Positions 16,544 to 26,507 are shown, counted from the stretch's first letter. The stretch: DNA of 32,000 nucleotides from Methanocaldococcus jannaschii DSM 2661 (GCF_000091665.1 NC_000909.1:259995-291994), one strand, 5' to 3'. Made by a program: numbers and translations. The notes: a model not told the origin generated them from the sequence alone.

Positions 16544-19069
16544 TTATTTCTTTCCTTTCATTGAAATAAATTCCATAACTTTTTTATGAAGTTCTGCAAT
16601 CATCTTCTTCTTATCTTCCATAAATATCACATCTGATGAAGCTGAAACAACCAAATTGAAGGCAAATGGTGAAGGAGAAGGCAACTCTAAATAATAAATC
16701 TTCCTCCTCTTAATTTTTTCAAAATAATCTAAGGCATTATCAATGTCTAAGCTATCCTCTAAAATTTCCCTCAATGTCTCTCTATATAATGGATGATTAA
16801 CCTCTTTACAGTATTTTAAAAGCATCTCAGCATTAAACTGCTGTCTATCAACGCTGATTTTTCTATTCATATATCTTCTCAAAATCATAAAACCTCTTGT
16901 AGCAACATGCCTAAATCTCCTCTTTAAAATCTCACTTCTTTCTATACTCTCTTTTACATTTTTAACAACATCTAAGTTGAAGAGTTCAGTTATATCAGCT
17001 CTCTTTATTTTTCTATTTTTTGGTAGTATTAAAGCGAAGCCATAATCATTCACCGATATTCTAACATTACATTTCTTTATTTTTGAGATATAATTAGCAA
17101 AGGCCCTTGCTAATGCCTCATTAGCCCTTCTCCCAGCTACAAAGTGAAATATATAGTATCTTCTCTTTTCCTCATCAAAATTCTCTATAAGCACTTTTTC
17201 ATCATCAGGCACTATTGCAAATTTGTTCTGCTCATCCATATAATTTTTAATTGCCTTAGCTGTTTTTTCATCTATGTCATATTTTTCTCTAATTTCCTCT
17301 ATATCTGAAGATAAAACTTCCTTTCTAAATTTTTCAATATCTAAAGCCAAGTCATAAGCTAATGGCAACTGCTCAGAAAACCACGCTGGAATTGTTGGCT
17401 TTTCATCAAAAACTTCCTTAACTCTAATTTTATTTCCTCTACCTCCTAAGTATTTGTATGTCTTTCCTCCTAAAACAAAAATATCTCCCTTCATCAGCTT
17501 TTCAGCAAACTCCTCTTCAACCTCTCCAACGTATTTGCCATCTGCTATAACATCAACCGCTGTCTCATCAGGAATAGTCCCAACATTCATATAATATATA
17601 GCCCTAACACTTTTTCCTCTCTTCCCAAATTTGTTATCTTTAAGCCAAATCTTTGCATAGACATTTTTTTCTTCAATTCCACCAGCTAAATAATTTAAAA
17701 CATCTAAGAAATCTTTTTTACTTAAATCCTTATATGGATAGGCTTTTTTAATTAAATTATAAGCTTCATCAACATCCCAAACCTTCTCTAATGCCATTCC
17801 AACCAAATGTTGAGCTAAAACATCCAAACAGTTTTTTGGAATATGAATTCTGTCAATCTTCCCAATTTTTGCATCATAAGCTAAAACTACGTTTTCAACT
17901 AAATCATCCCTATCAAATGGAATTATAATCCCCTTACTTTTCTCATGTAACCTATGCCCACTCCTACCAATTCTTTGTAGAGCTCTTGAAACACTCTTTG
18001 GTGAGCCGAGAAGAATAACTAAGTCAATACTTCCAATATCTACCCCAAGTTCAAGTGATGTCGATGAGATACAAACCCTAATCTCTCCTTTTTTCAATTT
18101 CTCCTCAACTTCTAACCTATGCTCTCTGCTTAAAGATGAGTGGTGTGTTTCAACTTTCTCAACTCCCAACTGCTTCAAATAAAATGCTACTCTTTCAGTA
18201 GCACTTCTTGTATTTGTAAAGATCAAGGTTGTTTTATGCTCTTCTATGAGTTTTTTTAATAAATTGTATAATCTTTTACTAATTTCCTCTGAAGGGGTGT
18301 AGATAAAATCATCTACTGGAGAGATAACCTTTATCTCAATCTCTTTTTTATAGCTAACATCTACAATATAGCAATCTCTTCCATTACCAACTAAAAATTT
18401 GGCAACTTCAGTTAATGGATGAATGGTTGCTGATAAACCAATTCTTATAAAGTTAGCTATCCTATTTAATCTCTCCAAAGAAAGTGAGAGATGAACTCCT
18501 CTTTTGTTTGTTAAAGCGTGAATTTCATCAACTATTACATATTTAATTCCACTCAATAACTGGGAGAATTTTGGTGAGTTTAAGGCAATAGCTAATGATT
18601 CGGGGGTTGTTATTAAAATGTGAGGGGGCTTTTTTAGCATCCTCTGCTTTTGCGAGCTTGTTGTATCACTTGTTCTTACAGCTACTCTAATTTCATCTAA
18701 CTCAATACCAATTTCTTTAGCAACATCATAAATCTCTTTTAACGGCTCTTTTAAATTTCTCTCAATATCGTTATTTAAAGCCCTTAGCGGAGATACATAG
18801 AGAATATAAATTCTATCTTCCAATTTATTTTCCATTGATAATTTTATTAACTCATTTATTCCTGCTAAAAAAGCTGATAATGTCTTTCCACTCCCAGTAG
18901 GTGAGCAAATTAAAACATTCTTCCCTTCATGAATCTCTTTAATTGCATATCTTTGTGGTGGAGTAAAGGTTTTATACTTTCTTTTAAACCATTCTTTTAC
19001 TGGTTTCTCTAAGATTTCATAGATTTCCTCATCAGAATACTCTTTTTTTAAATACTCTACTCTTCCCAT
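16544..19069 (-). CDS. Lhr-type superfamily 2 ATP-dependent helicase
   Basis: 841 aa. PTGSGKT (motif I), VDEIH (DExH), SAT (motif III), QRIGRSGH (motif VI), and a long C-terminal Lhr/DEAD-associated region. Confidence 0.9.
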   Translation of the reverse strand: MGRVEYLKKEYSDEEIYEILEKPVKEWFKRKYKTFTPPQRYAIKEIHEGKNVLICSPTGSGKTLSAFLAGINELIKLSMENKLEDRIYILYVSPLRALNNDIERNLKEPLKEIYDVAKEIGIELDEIRVAVRTSDTTSSQKQRMLKKPPHILITTPESLAIALNSPKFSQLLSGIKYVIVDEIHALTNKRGVHLSLSLERLNRIANFIRIGLSATIHPLTEVAKFLVGNGRDCYIVDVSYKKEIEIKVISPVDDFIYTPSEEISKRLYNLLKKLIEEHKTTLIFTNTRSATERVAFYLKQLGVEKVETHHSSLSREHRLEVEEKLKKGEIRVCISSTSLELGVDIGSIDLVILLGSPKSVSRALQRIGRSGHRLHEKSKGIIIPFDRDDLVENVVLAYDAKIGKIDRIHIPKNCLDVLAQHLVGMALEKVWDVDEAYNLIKKAYPYKDLSKKDFLDVLNYLAGGIEEKNVYAKIWLKDNKFGKRGKSVRAIYYMNVGTIPDETAVDVIADGKYVGEVEEEFAEKLMKGDIFVLGGKTYKYLGGRGNKIRVKEVFDEKPTIPAWFSEQLPLAYDLALDIEKFRKEVLSSDIEEIREKYDIDEKTAKAIKNYMDEQNKFAIVPDDEKVLIENFDEEKRRYYIFHFVAGRRANEALARAFANYISKIKKCNVRISVNDYGFALILPKNRKIKRADITELFNLDVVKNVKESIERSEILKRRFRHVATRGFMILRRYMNRKISVDRQQFNAEMLLKYCKEVNHPLYRETLREILEDSLDIDNALDYFEKIKRRKIYYLELPSPSPFAFNLVVSASSDVIFMEDKKKMIAELHKKVMEFISMKGKK

Positions 19070-19740
19070 AATCTCCCACTTGTGTAAATGTTAAATTTCC
19101 CATTTCTTGCAAAGCCAATTAATAGGATGTTATTTTCCTCTGCCAATTCTATGGCTTTATCTGTTGGTGGGGATTTTGAGATAATAATATTTAAACCACT
19201 GTTTATAGCTTTTTTAACAATATCAGATGGAATTCTTCCGCTATATCTCAATATTAACTTATTTAAGTTGTAATTGTTTAATATTGCATAACCAATAACT
19301 TTATCAACAGCATTATGTCTCCCAATATCCTCAACAAAAATTATACTATTGCCTTTTAAATCAAACATTGAAGCCCAGTGAAAACTTCCAGTTATTTCCC
19401 AATATTTAGCTTTTATTTCATAAGAAATTATCTTTTTAATGATTTCAATGTCTATTTTTATTTCTTTATTATTTTTATTATTTTTAATCTCTCTATCATT
19501 CTTTTCTCCAAAGATGTTTATGTTGTTTTTATCAACTTCAACTTTATCAATTTTGTTTAAAAACCCTTCACTTATGGCAAAGCCAACTGCAAACTCATTT
19601 AAAAAATTTGGTGACATAGATAAAGATTTAACAAACTCTCCATTGATAAAAATGTTATAGCTTTCTTCAACAGCCACGTAATCTTCCATATCATAAAAAT
19701 CTCTGCCATTAAACTTTTTTATCTTCACCTTTTTAATCAT
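19057..19740 (-). CDS. fdhD: FdhD-family protein (formate dehydrogenase accessory / sulfur-carrier homologue)
   Basis: Conserved C-terminal half: VEDIGRHNAVDKVIGYA...SGRIPSDIVKKAINSGLNIIISKSPPTDKAIELAEENNILLIGFAR. The 3' end overlaps the helicase start by 13 nt. The protein has no cysteine (see findings). Confidence 0.85.
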   Translation of the reverse strand: MIKKVKIKKFNGRDFYDMEDYVAVEESYNIFINGEFVKSLSMSPNFLNEFAVGFAISEGFLNKIDKVEVDKNNINIFGEKNDREIKNNKNNKEIKIDIEIIKKIISYEIKAKYWEITGSFHWASMFDLKGNSIIFVEDIGRHNAVDKVIGYAILNNYNLNKLILRYSGRIPSDIVKKAINSGLNIIISKSPPTDKAIELAEENNILLIGFARNGKFNIYTSGRLWEE

Positions 19741-19808
19741 AATAAACCCCTTAATTGATATATATTAGCATGTTTAAATTTCTATTTAAAATTTTAATTG
19801 GTGAAATT

Positions 19809-20366
19809 ATGATAAAACTCCTATATGAAGGGATTTTAATCAGAGAAAATGGAATAATTAAGAAGGCCTCATCTTCATCAACGTTAATTATTACAGACAA
19901 CAACAATATAATTGTTGATACTTCAACAAAAGATATGGAAAATATTATTATTAAAGGCTTATCTGAACTAAATCTATCTCCAAATGATATAGATGTAGTT
20001 ATAAACACACATCTCCATTATGACCATATAGAAAACAACCCAATATTTAAAAACGCTACATTTTATGCCTCACCAAAAGAGTTTGGATTTAACGATAACT
20101 TTGAAGATTTTAAAAAGTTTAAAGATAAAGAAATTGAGATTATTGAAACTCCTGGACATACCTATGGCTCTATATCGGTTATTTATAAAGATTATGTTGT
20201 TGTAGGAGATGCATCTCCTTTAAAAAATAATATACTAAAGATGATTCCTCCAAAGTTGAATGTAGATGAAAAATTAGCTTTAGAGAGTTTAAAGAAAATT
20301 AGAAAACTGAGAAAAAATGTTATTACTGGACATGAGGGAATTGTTTATAAGGAAAAATTGTTATGA
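19809..20366 (+). CDS. Metallo-beta-lactamase-fold hydrolase
   Basis: HxHxDH motif (THLHYDHIEN) and a downstream TPGHTYGS. Start moved to the ATG at 19809 (GGTGA 5 nt upstream); the track start is a TTG at 19755. Confidence 0.75.
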   Translation: MIKLLYEGILIRENGIIKKASSSSTLIITDNNNIIVDTSTKDMENIIIKGLSELNLSPNDIDVVINTHLHYDHIENNPIFKNATFYASPKEFGFNDNFEDFKKFKDKEIEIIETPGHTYGSISVIYKDYVVVGDASPLKNNILKMIPPKLNVDEKLALESLKKIRKLRKNVITGHEGIVYKEKLL

Positions 20367-20405
20367 ATTAAAGGATTAAACAAAATATAACCAACAACTT
20401 ATTTT

Positions 20406-21131
20406 TTAATAGAAATAGCTATCTATCATCAAATCTTCAATAGTTTTTATTATTTTATTTAGGTGTTCCTCATTTTTAACTCCTTTAGCCCTGAAAATTC
20501 CTCCAGTGAAATTCATAGCCATTAATGGAATTTCTATAACTGCTCCATCAACTTCTATGATTCCAAACATCATTTTAGCCCTTTCAACAATTTTCATTTT
20601 TGATTTGTCCAACTCTCCACCTATAAATGTCCCCGTAACAAAACCTTTTTTAAAATCCTTAGATTGAATTAAAACCTTGTCTTTTTCTGGGTTAAATTTC
20701 TCTACTTCTTTAATCATCTCCTCTTTATCCTCAATCCATTCATAAATCCATTCAGGAACTTTTTGATTCATTGGTTCCATGTAATTAACTATTCTTTTTA
20801 ATGCCATTACAACAAATTTAAACTCTTTATCTTTTTCTTCAATTCCTTCTATTGCTTCAAAAAATTCATCAATTATGTTATTGGGAAGTTTTTCTTTTTT
20901 AAGTATTGAATTGGTTATTTTAATAAAAAAACTGGCATATAAACTTAAATAATCAGTTTTTTCTACCAATTCAGAAAGTATTTTCTCAATTTCTTTAATC
21001 TTTTGTAGATTCCCTTTAGCAAAAGCTATAAGAGAAGCCCAATCTAAATAATAAATGGCATCGTCATAATTTCCCTTCTCTTTCTCCTCCAATGCCTTCT
21101 TAAATAATGCATTTTCATTTTCAAAGTTCAT
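20406..21131 (-). CDS. Hypothetical protein, helical N-terminal (TPR-like by pattern) region
   Basis: Long ORF with no recognisable catalytic motif. Start chosen at the ATG at 21131 (AAGGATGA SD plus 4 nt). An alternative ATG at 21158 has no SD. Confidence 0.6.
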   Translation of the reverse strand: MNFENENALFKKALEEKEKGNYDDAIYYLDWASLIAFAKGNLQKIKEIEKILSELVEKTDYLSLYASFFIKITNSILKKEKLPNNIIDEFFEAIEGIEEKDKEFKFVVMALKRIVNYMEPMNQKVPEWIYEWIEDKEEMIKEVEKFNPEKDKVLIQSKDFKKGFVTGTFIGGELDKSKMKIVERAKMMFGIIEVDGAVIEIPLMAMNFTGGIFRAKGVKNEEHLNKIIKTIEDLMIDSYFY

Positions 21132-21292
21132 TTTGTCATCCTTTTGGCGATATTTCATCAATTATTTGATAGTTTTATCTTAACTTTTTAATATTTAAAC
21201 CTTACTAAGTATTAAAGTTTCTGATAATAATAAAAATAGTAAAAATTTAGTAAATAAAGAACTAATTAATTATGCTTTAAGGAGGAGTTACC

Positions 21293-21745
21293 ATGAAAGC
21301 TCTAATTTTATACAAATCCATTCATCATAAAAATACTGAAAAAATAGCTAAGACAATAGCCGATGAGCTAAATGCTGATATCTACAATATTGATAAAGTA
21401 AGCCCGGATATAATTGAAAACTATGACCTTATAGGTTTTGGTTCTGGAATTTATTTTGGAAAACATCATAAATCAATATTTAAATTTTTAGATAAGATTA
21501 GTAAAACAAATAAAAAAGCCTTTATCTTCTCCACAGCCGGCTTTCCTTTTTTAAAAAGCATGTTCCATAAAGAGCTTAGGGATAAACTTAAAAGTAAGGG
21601 ATTTGAAATTCTTGGAGAATTTTGCTGTAAAGGTTACCACACCTATGGCATCTTTAAATTATTTGGTGGTTTAAATAAAAATCATCCAAATGAAGATGAT
21701 ATTAAAAAAGCAAAAGAGTTTGCAAAAAGTATTTTAAAAAATTAA
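21293..21745 (+). CDS. Flavodoxin-like fold protein
   Basis: MKALILYKSIHHKNTEKIAKTIADEL plus GFGSGIYFGKHH fit the short flavodoxin-domain pattern. Strong SD AGGAGG. Confidence 0.7.
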   Translation: MKALILYKSIHHKNTEKIAKTIADELNADIYNIDKVSPDIIENYDLIGFGSGIYFGKHHKSIFKFLDKISKTNKKAFIFSTAGFPFLKSMFHKELRDKLKSKGFEILGEFCCKGYHTYGIFKLFGGLNKNHPNEDDIKKAKEFAKSILKN

Positions 21746-21760
21746 AAGAGTTTATGTGTT

Positions 21761-22921
21761 TTATTCCACATCTCCTCTGTCTTTTCTTGTGATTCCTCCT
21801 TCTTCAATCAACTCTAAACCTTCTAAAGGAATAAATCTATCCTCCAATGCCTCTAAGACCTTTGGAACTGTTGTGTATTCCATCATTGTTGCAGGCAATC
21901 TGTGTGGTTGGAATGGACCCATTCTTCTTATAATATCTGCCATCTCTAAAGCTTTCTCTCTTGCTTTATCGAATCCTTTATCTGCAAACAAATCGTTAGG
22001 ACCGATTAACATTCCATCACAAACTTGGAATCCTAAGGCAATAATTCTTGCTGGCCCATCGAATCTTGTAGGTGTTGCATCCTCCTCTCCAACTGGCATT
22101 AACGGCCCCCAATGGCTACCTCTCATCCATCCTGGAACGAAGTGTGGGTTGGCAAATGGCTCTAAAACCTCTCCAACTGCTGGGAATCCGCTCTGAGCTC
22201 TAACAATAGCTACTGGGTCATCTTTACCAACGTACTCCCCAGCTATGTAGTTTAATTTTTCTGTGCTAACAACAGCAGCTATTTCGTTATCTCTTCTTCT
22301 ATAAACTCTCTTAATTGCATACTTCTCATAATCTCCAATTAAAGCTAAGAGCATATACATTTCTTCTGGAGTGTCTAAAAAGACCTTTTTGTGTCCAACG
22401 ACATCATGAACCTCAAATTTGAATCCAGAAATCATTGATGGGTCAAAGACCAAACCAGCTGTGTTGAATGGGTCTGCAAACATCTTGAATAATGGGTAGT
22501 TAAATGCTGTTGGGTCTGTTTTGTCGCAACAGAAAACAACTATTGGCTCACTCTTTCTCTCAACAAACTCCATCTCTGCACAACCAGGCCCCATACCTCT
22601 AACGTTTCCTGAAAAGCTGTCAGCTAATAAATCCTGTCCAGCTCCATATAACTTTAACTCTTTAGCTACTTTTGTTGCCTCCTCAAAAGCCCTCCATGCT
22701 AATCCATGGACTTTTTCATTATCACAACCTAATTTATGGCTCATAATTAAATCAATGTCATCCCCACATCTTGTGACATAATAATCTAATATAATCTCAT
22801 CAACTGCCTCCTCTAAAACTGCCTCACATGCCTCCAACAACTCATCTGGAGCTAATGTGTGCCCACATAAACCTCCAACATCTGCCTTTATAACACTGAT
22901 TGTTACTTTGTTGTTTTCCAT
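21761..22921 (-). CDS. fbp: Fructose-1,6-bisphosphate aldolase/phosphatase (class V FBPase)
   Basis: The N-terminus ...VTISVIKADVGG and overall similarity (from memory) match the archaeal bifunctional FBP aldolase/phosphatase family. Start moved to the ATG at 22921 (GGTGA plus 5 nt); the track GTG at 22930 lies inside the SD. Confidence 0.9.
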   Translation of the reverse strand: MENNKVTISVIKADVGGLCGHTLAPDELLEACEAVLEEAVDEIILDYYVTRCGDDIDLIMSHKLGCDNEKVHGLAWRAFEEATKVAKELKLYGAGQDLLADSFSGNVRGMGPGCAEMEFVERKSEPIVVFCCDKTDPTAFNYPLFKMFADPFNTAGLVFDPSMISGFKFEVHDVVGHKKVFLDTPEEMYMLLALIGDYEKYAIKRVYRRRDNEIAAVVSTEKLNYIAGEYVGKDDPVAIVRAQSGFPAVGEVLEPFANPHFVPGWMRGSHWGPLMPVGEEDATPTRFDGPARIIALGFQVCDGMLIGPNDLFADKGFDKAREKALEMADIIRRMGPFQPHRLPATMMEYTTVPKVLEALEDRFIPLEGLELIEEGGITRKDRGDVE

Positions 22922-23237
22922 TCTGCTCACCCTGTTTTTTGAATTTTGTTAAAATCTTTAATATTTATATTTAGTTGGGATAATTAGTATATAAATTTAA
23001 CTTTAAGTAGTTTCGGGAAATTACGACTATTTAAAACACAAAGGAGATATAAAAATCTAATCCTGTAACTGTTGTCATCTACAACTAATTTAAATATATA
23101 TGCTTTGAGTGTAAGTTTTGGAAAGCACTATAAAAAAGCTATTTTCTCTCAATAATTTATTATAGATTTTTTATATTTATACTTACTATTCCATTGGTAC
23201 TTAAAATTCACTACACATTAACTTTATATATAGGAAT

Positions 23238-23254
23238 TATTAGTTATTCTAATA
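23238..23254. promoter_or_regulatory. 17-bp dyad just downstream of a TATA-like box, candidate operator of the LysR-type gene
   Basis: TATTAG-TTATT-CTAATA is perfectly palindromic. It follows CTTTATATATAGG (23222-23234) and lies about 30 nt upstream of the LysR ATG. This architecture would fit autoregulation. The function is inferred. Confidence 0.25.
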
Positions 23255-23282
23255 GGGATTAAGTAACATAGGTGATAATAAT

Positions 23283-24173
23283 ATGGATCCAAAAATAAGT
23301 TATTTTCAAACATTTATAGTTGCAAGTAAAACAAAAAGTTTTTCTAAGGCAGCAAAAAGATTGGGAATTACTCAAGGAACCGTCAGTAATCACATATCAG
23401 CACTTGAGAAATACTTCGATGCCCAACTCTTTTTGAGAACTCCTGAGGGAGTTGATTTAACTCCTGAAGGAAAGATATTTTATGAAAGGGCTGAAAAGAT
23501 TTTAGACTTGTTAAATGAGGCAAAATTGTTGATGAGAGCCATACATGAAAATCCAGAGGGAATTATCAGAATTTATGCCTCTACAACCCCTGGAGAGCAT
23601 ATATTACCATCAATTATTAAGGAGTATAAAAGCTCATACAAAAATGTTGATTTTGAGATTACAATAACTGACTCTGAGAGATGTTTTAAAGCTTTAGATG
23701 AAGGATTGGCAGATATAGCAGCAGTTGGTTATCTAAAAAATAAGAATTATGAATATACAATTATAGGTAAAGATAGATTGGTTTTAATTGTCCCACCAAA
23801 TCATCCACTTGCAGAGAAAGGCACTGCTAAGCTTGAGGATATACTTAAAGAGGATTACATTGATAGAGAGGAGGGTTCTGGAACAAGAGAGGCATTTATA
23901 AAGGCTTTAAATGATAAGGGATATTCAATAATGGATTTAAACGTTGTAATGAGGTTGGGTAGTCATTCAGCAGTTATAACTGCAGTTTCTGAAGGTTATG
24001 GAGTTAGCGTAGTTTCAGAAATCCCTGCTAAAAAGGCAGAAGATGCTGGATTAATTAAGATAGTTCCAGTTGTAGATTTGGATGTTGTTAGATATTTATA
24101 TTTAGTTAAAAGTAGAAGACCAAAAAATCCAAGTGCTGTTAAATCATTCTGGGAATTTGTTACAAAGGTTTAA
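23283..24173 (+). CDS. LysR-type transcriptional regulator
   Basis: N-terminal HTH FIVASKTKSFSKAAKRLGITQGTVSNHISALEKYFDAQLFLR plus a substrate-binding-type C-terminal domain. SD GGTGAT. Confidence 0.9.
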   Translation: MDPKISYFQTFIVASKTKSFSKAAKRLGITQGTVSNHISALEKYFDAQLFLRTPEGVDLTPEGKIFYERAEKILDLLNEAKLLMRAIHENPEGIIRIYASTTPGEHILPSIIKEYKSSYKNVDFEITITDSERCFKALDEGLADIAAVGYLKNKNYEYTIIGKDRLVLIVPPNHPLAEKGTAKLEDILKEDYIDREEGSGTREAFIKALNDKGYSIMDLNVVMRLGSHSAVITAVSEGYGVSVVSEIPAKKAEDAGLIKIVPVVDLDVVRYLYLVKSRRPKNPSAVKSFWEFVTKV

Positions 24174-24215
24174 ATTAGTGTCTTTTATATTACAAAATGT
24201 TTTGAAAGACACTAT
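24174..24215 (+). repeat. 42-bp hairpin repeat, copy 1
   Basis: ATTAGTGTCTTTTATATTACAAAATGTTTTGAAAGACACTAT. Internal 10-bp stem TAGTGTCTTT (24176-85) / AAAGACACTA (24205-14). It sits between the convergent stops of the LysR gene and the MBL-fold gene. Confidence 0.9.
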
Positions 24216-24219
24216 CGTT

Positions 24220-25098
24220 TTAAAATTTTATAATCTTTCCAGCATGTAACCTCTCAAAATCTTCTTTGAACTCTTCCATAAACATGTTTTCAGCCTTAAA
24301 CCCAGTGCAGTGTCCAGTACATATCTTTTTAACGCCCAACTTTTTGAGGGCTTTTATTGTACTTACAATCCTTTCATTGTCGGCATCTATTAAATGGAAA
24401 CCACCTATAACAGCATAGACCTTATTAATTCCACTTATTTTAATGGATTTTTTCACCATACTAACTATTCCTGGATGAGAACAGCCACTAACGATAATTA
24501 AACCTTTTTCAGTAACTATAGCCAATCCTATTTCATCCTCTACATTATCCAAAACTACTCTCCCATTTTCAAGCTTATAGAGACCAATTGTTGGCTTTTT
24601 CTCAAAGTTTATTTTTTCTTCATCTTCAATCTCTCCAAGTGTAAAGATACCAGGCATTAATCTTATAGGGTCTCTACTTAAAACCCATCTCCCTCCCAAT
24701 TTTTCAATATCTTCTTTTAATGTTTTATTAAGAGTTCCAGCAAGCATAAATTCTGGTTCTGTGGCAAAGCTAACCTTAAATATGTTTGGATGGGCAAATA
24801 TTGGGATTTCTTTGTTAATCTCTTTCATAATGCCAAATAACCCACCAGTATGGTCAAAGTGGTTATGAGAAAGGATTATCATGTCTATACTCTTTGGATT
24901 GATGTTTAGAAGTTTCATGTTGAAGAGAATTGGTTCTGCATAAGTTGCTGTATCAAACAGTATTCTCTTTTTAATACCATTGGATTCTACTTCAATTAAA
25001 AAAGAAAGGCCATGTTGGCTCCAAAATGGGCTATTATATCCTGCATAATCCTCAGCTAAGGTATAAATCTTTATGTTATCAACTTTTCCAATGTTCAT
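24220..25098 (-). CDS. Metallo-beta-lactamase-fold protein; recalled as the methanopterin-pathway dihydropteroate-synthase analogue (MJ0301 type)
   Basis: HxHxDH motif (SHNHFDHTGG) and a C-terminal GHCTG. The functional assignment is from memory of the M. jannaschii literature and is not derivable from the sequence alone. Start moved to the ATG at 25098 (AGGAGGAT plus 4 nt). Confidence 0.7.
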   Translation of the reverse strand: MNIGKVDNIKIYTLAEDYAGYNSPFWSQHGLSFLIEVESNGIKKRILFDTATYAEPILFNMKLLNINPKSIDMIILSHNHFDHTGGLFGIMKEINKEIPIFAHPNIFKVSFATEPEFMLAGTLNKTLKEDIEKLGGRWVLSRDPIRLMPGIFTLGEIEDEEKINFEKKPTIGLYKLENGRVVLDNVEDEIGLAIVTEKGLIIVSGCSHPGIVSMVKKSIKISGINKVYAVIGGFHLIDADNERIVSTIKALKKLGVKKICTGHCTGFKAENMFMEEFKEDFERLHAGKIIKF

Positions 25099-25152
25099 TA
25101 ACATCCTCCTGCTATATTGATGATTCAGTTTTAAAAATAAAAAAAGATTGTA

Positions 25153-25440
25153 TCATTTCTTTCTTCTTTCAAATTCCTTTAATAATTCTTCAAACTCTAT
25201 GTTCTTATAAGCCAATAATACCATAGTATGGAATATTAAATCAGCAGCCTCATAAATAATCTCATCTTTCTTGTCATCCTTAGCTGCTAAAATTAATTCA
25301 GTAGATTCCTCCCCAATTTTCTCACAGATTTTGTTTATTGCCGTTTTTTTATCATCGGTTGTTAGTTTTGCCACATAAGAACCTTCTGGCTTTTCTTTTA
25401 TTCTTTGTTTTATAATTTCATAAACTTCCTCTAAAATCAT
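25153..25440 (-). CDS. hisE: Phosphoribosyl-ATP pyrophosphohydrolase
   Basis: 95 aa. Pattern: ...SYVAKL...[16 protein letters not shown]...[13 protein letters not shown] (MazG-like HisE). Confidence 0.85.
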
Positions 25441-25455
25441 AGATATCCCTTATCC

Positions 25456-25497
25456 ATAGTGTCTTTCAAAACATTTTGTAATAACTAAGGCACTAAT
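25456..25497 (-). repeat. 42-bp hairpin repeat, copy 2 (inverted relative to copy 1)
   Basis: 25456-25483 is the exact reverse complement of 24188-24215 (28/28). The full 42 bp matches 38/42. It forms its own hairpin (one T-G). It lies 16 nt upstream of the hisE ATG. A further half-site, TTTTAGAAGACACTAT (25546-25561), overlaps the ribH stop. Confidence 0.9.
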
Positions 25498-25557
25498 GAA
25501 CACCTTTCTTTGGAAGGCATTCAATTTCATAAAAATTTTTTATAATTTTAGAAGACA

Positions 25558-25974
25558 CTATTCTTCTAATGCCTTCAACCTTTTAACCATTTTAACAGCC
25601 GCTTCAACAGCCCTCTTACCGTAATCAACTCTTTCCTGAGCCTGCAACCTTGTCATTCCTGGCCCTGAAATTCCGAGAGTTACTGGTTTATCATATTGTA
25701 GAGCTAAATCTGCTATTTTTCTCGCTGCATTATGAACAACTATCTCATCATGTTCTGTCTCTCCCTCAATAACACACCCAATTGTTACAACTGCATCAAC
25801 ATCATCCTTTTCTAACAACTTTTTAACTGCTAAAGGCATATCAAAAACTCCCGGAACAACAATTTTATATTTTACAGTGGCTCCTAAAAATTCAGCATGC
25901 TCCTCAGCAACCTTCTCCATCATATATGTTATATCTCTGTTGAACTCAGCAATAACAAACCCAAGATTTACCAT
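25558..25974 (-). CDS. ribH: 6,7-dimethyl-8-ribityllumazine synthase
   Basis: [36 protein letters not shown]. The ATG at 25974 follows GGTGGT; the track and, as I recall, the database start is the GTG at 25983. Confidence 0.9.
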   Translation of the reverse strand: MVNLGFVIAEFNRDITYMMEKVAEEHAEFLGATVKYKIVVPGVFDMPLAVKKLLEKDDVDAVVTIGCVIEGETEHDEIVVHNAARKIADLALQYDKPVTLGISGPGMTRLQAQERVDYGKRAVEAAVKMVKRLKALEE

Positions 25975-26027
25975 CAATACCACCTTTTACTTCAAAGGAT
26001 TTTTGTTATTTCTATTTAGTTTAATTT

Positions 26028-26507
26028 TTATTTATAACTTTCTAAGGTTTCAGATAATTTAACGTATCTCAATGCATTCTCTTTTATGCTTTTAATCTCC
26101 TCCTCTGTAAGTTCTCTAACAACTCTACCAGGAACACCTAAAACTAAGCTATTTGGTGGAATCTCCTTATTTTGAGTAACTAAGGCATTAGCTCCAATTA
26201 TACAGTTCTCTCCAATCTTAGCCCCATTTAATATAGTGGCATTCATCCCAACTAAAACGTTATCTTCAATCCTACAACCATGAATAACTGCTCCATGACC
26301 TATTGATACATAATCTCCAATTATGGTTGGATACCCCTTAGAGCAATGAACGACACAGCAATCTTGTATATTGGAGTAATTCCCAATTATTATTTTATCT
26401 ACATCTCCCCTAATAACAGCATTATACCAAACTGATGAATAATCTCCAATAGTCACATCCCCAACAATTACAGCCCCTTTGGCTATCCTTACATTTTTTG
26501 AAATCAT
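26028..26507 (-). CDS. Gamma-class carbonic-anhydrase-like hexapeptide-repeat protein
   Basis: Left-handed beta-helix hexapeptide repeats (IAKGAVIVGDVTIGDYSSVWYNAVIRGDV...), with His residues in the gamma-CA pattern (VHCS..., IGHGAVIHG). Confidence 0.85.
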   Translation of the reverse strand: MISKNVRIAKGAVIVGDVTIGDYSSVWYNAVIRGDVDKIIIGNYSNIQDCCVVHCSKGYPTIIGDYVSIGHGAVIHGCRIEDNVLVGMNATILNGAKIGENCIIGANALVTQNKEIPPNSLVLGVPGRVVRELTEEEIKSIKENALRYVKLSETLESYK

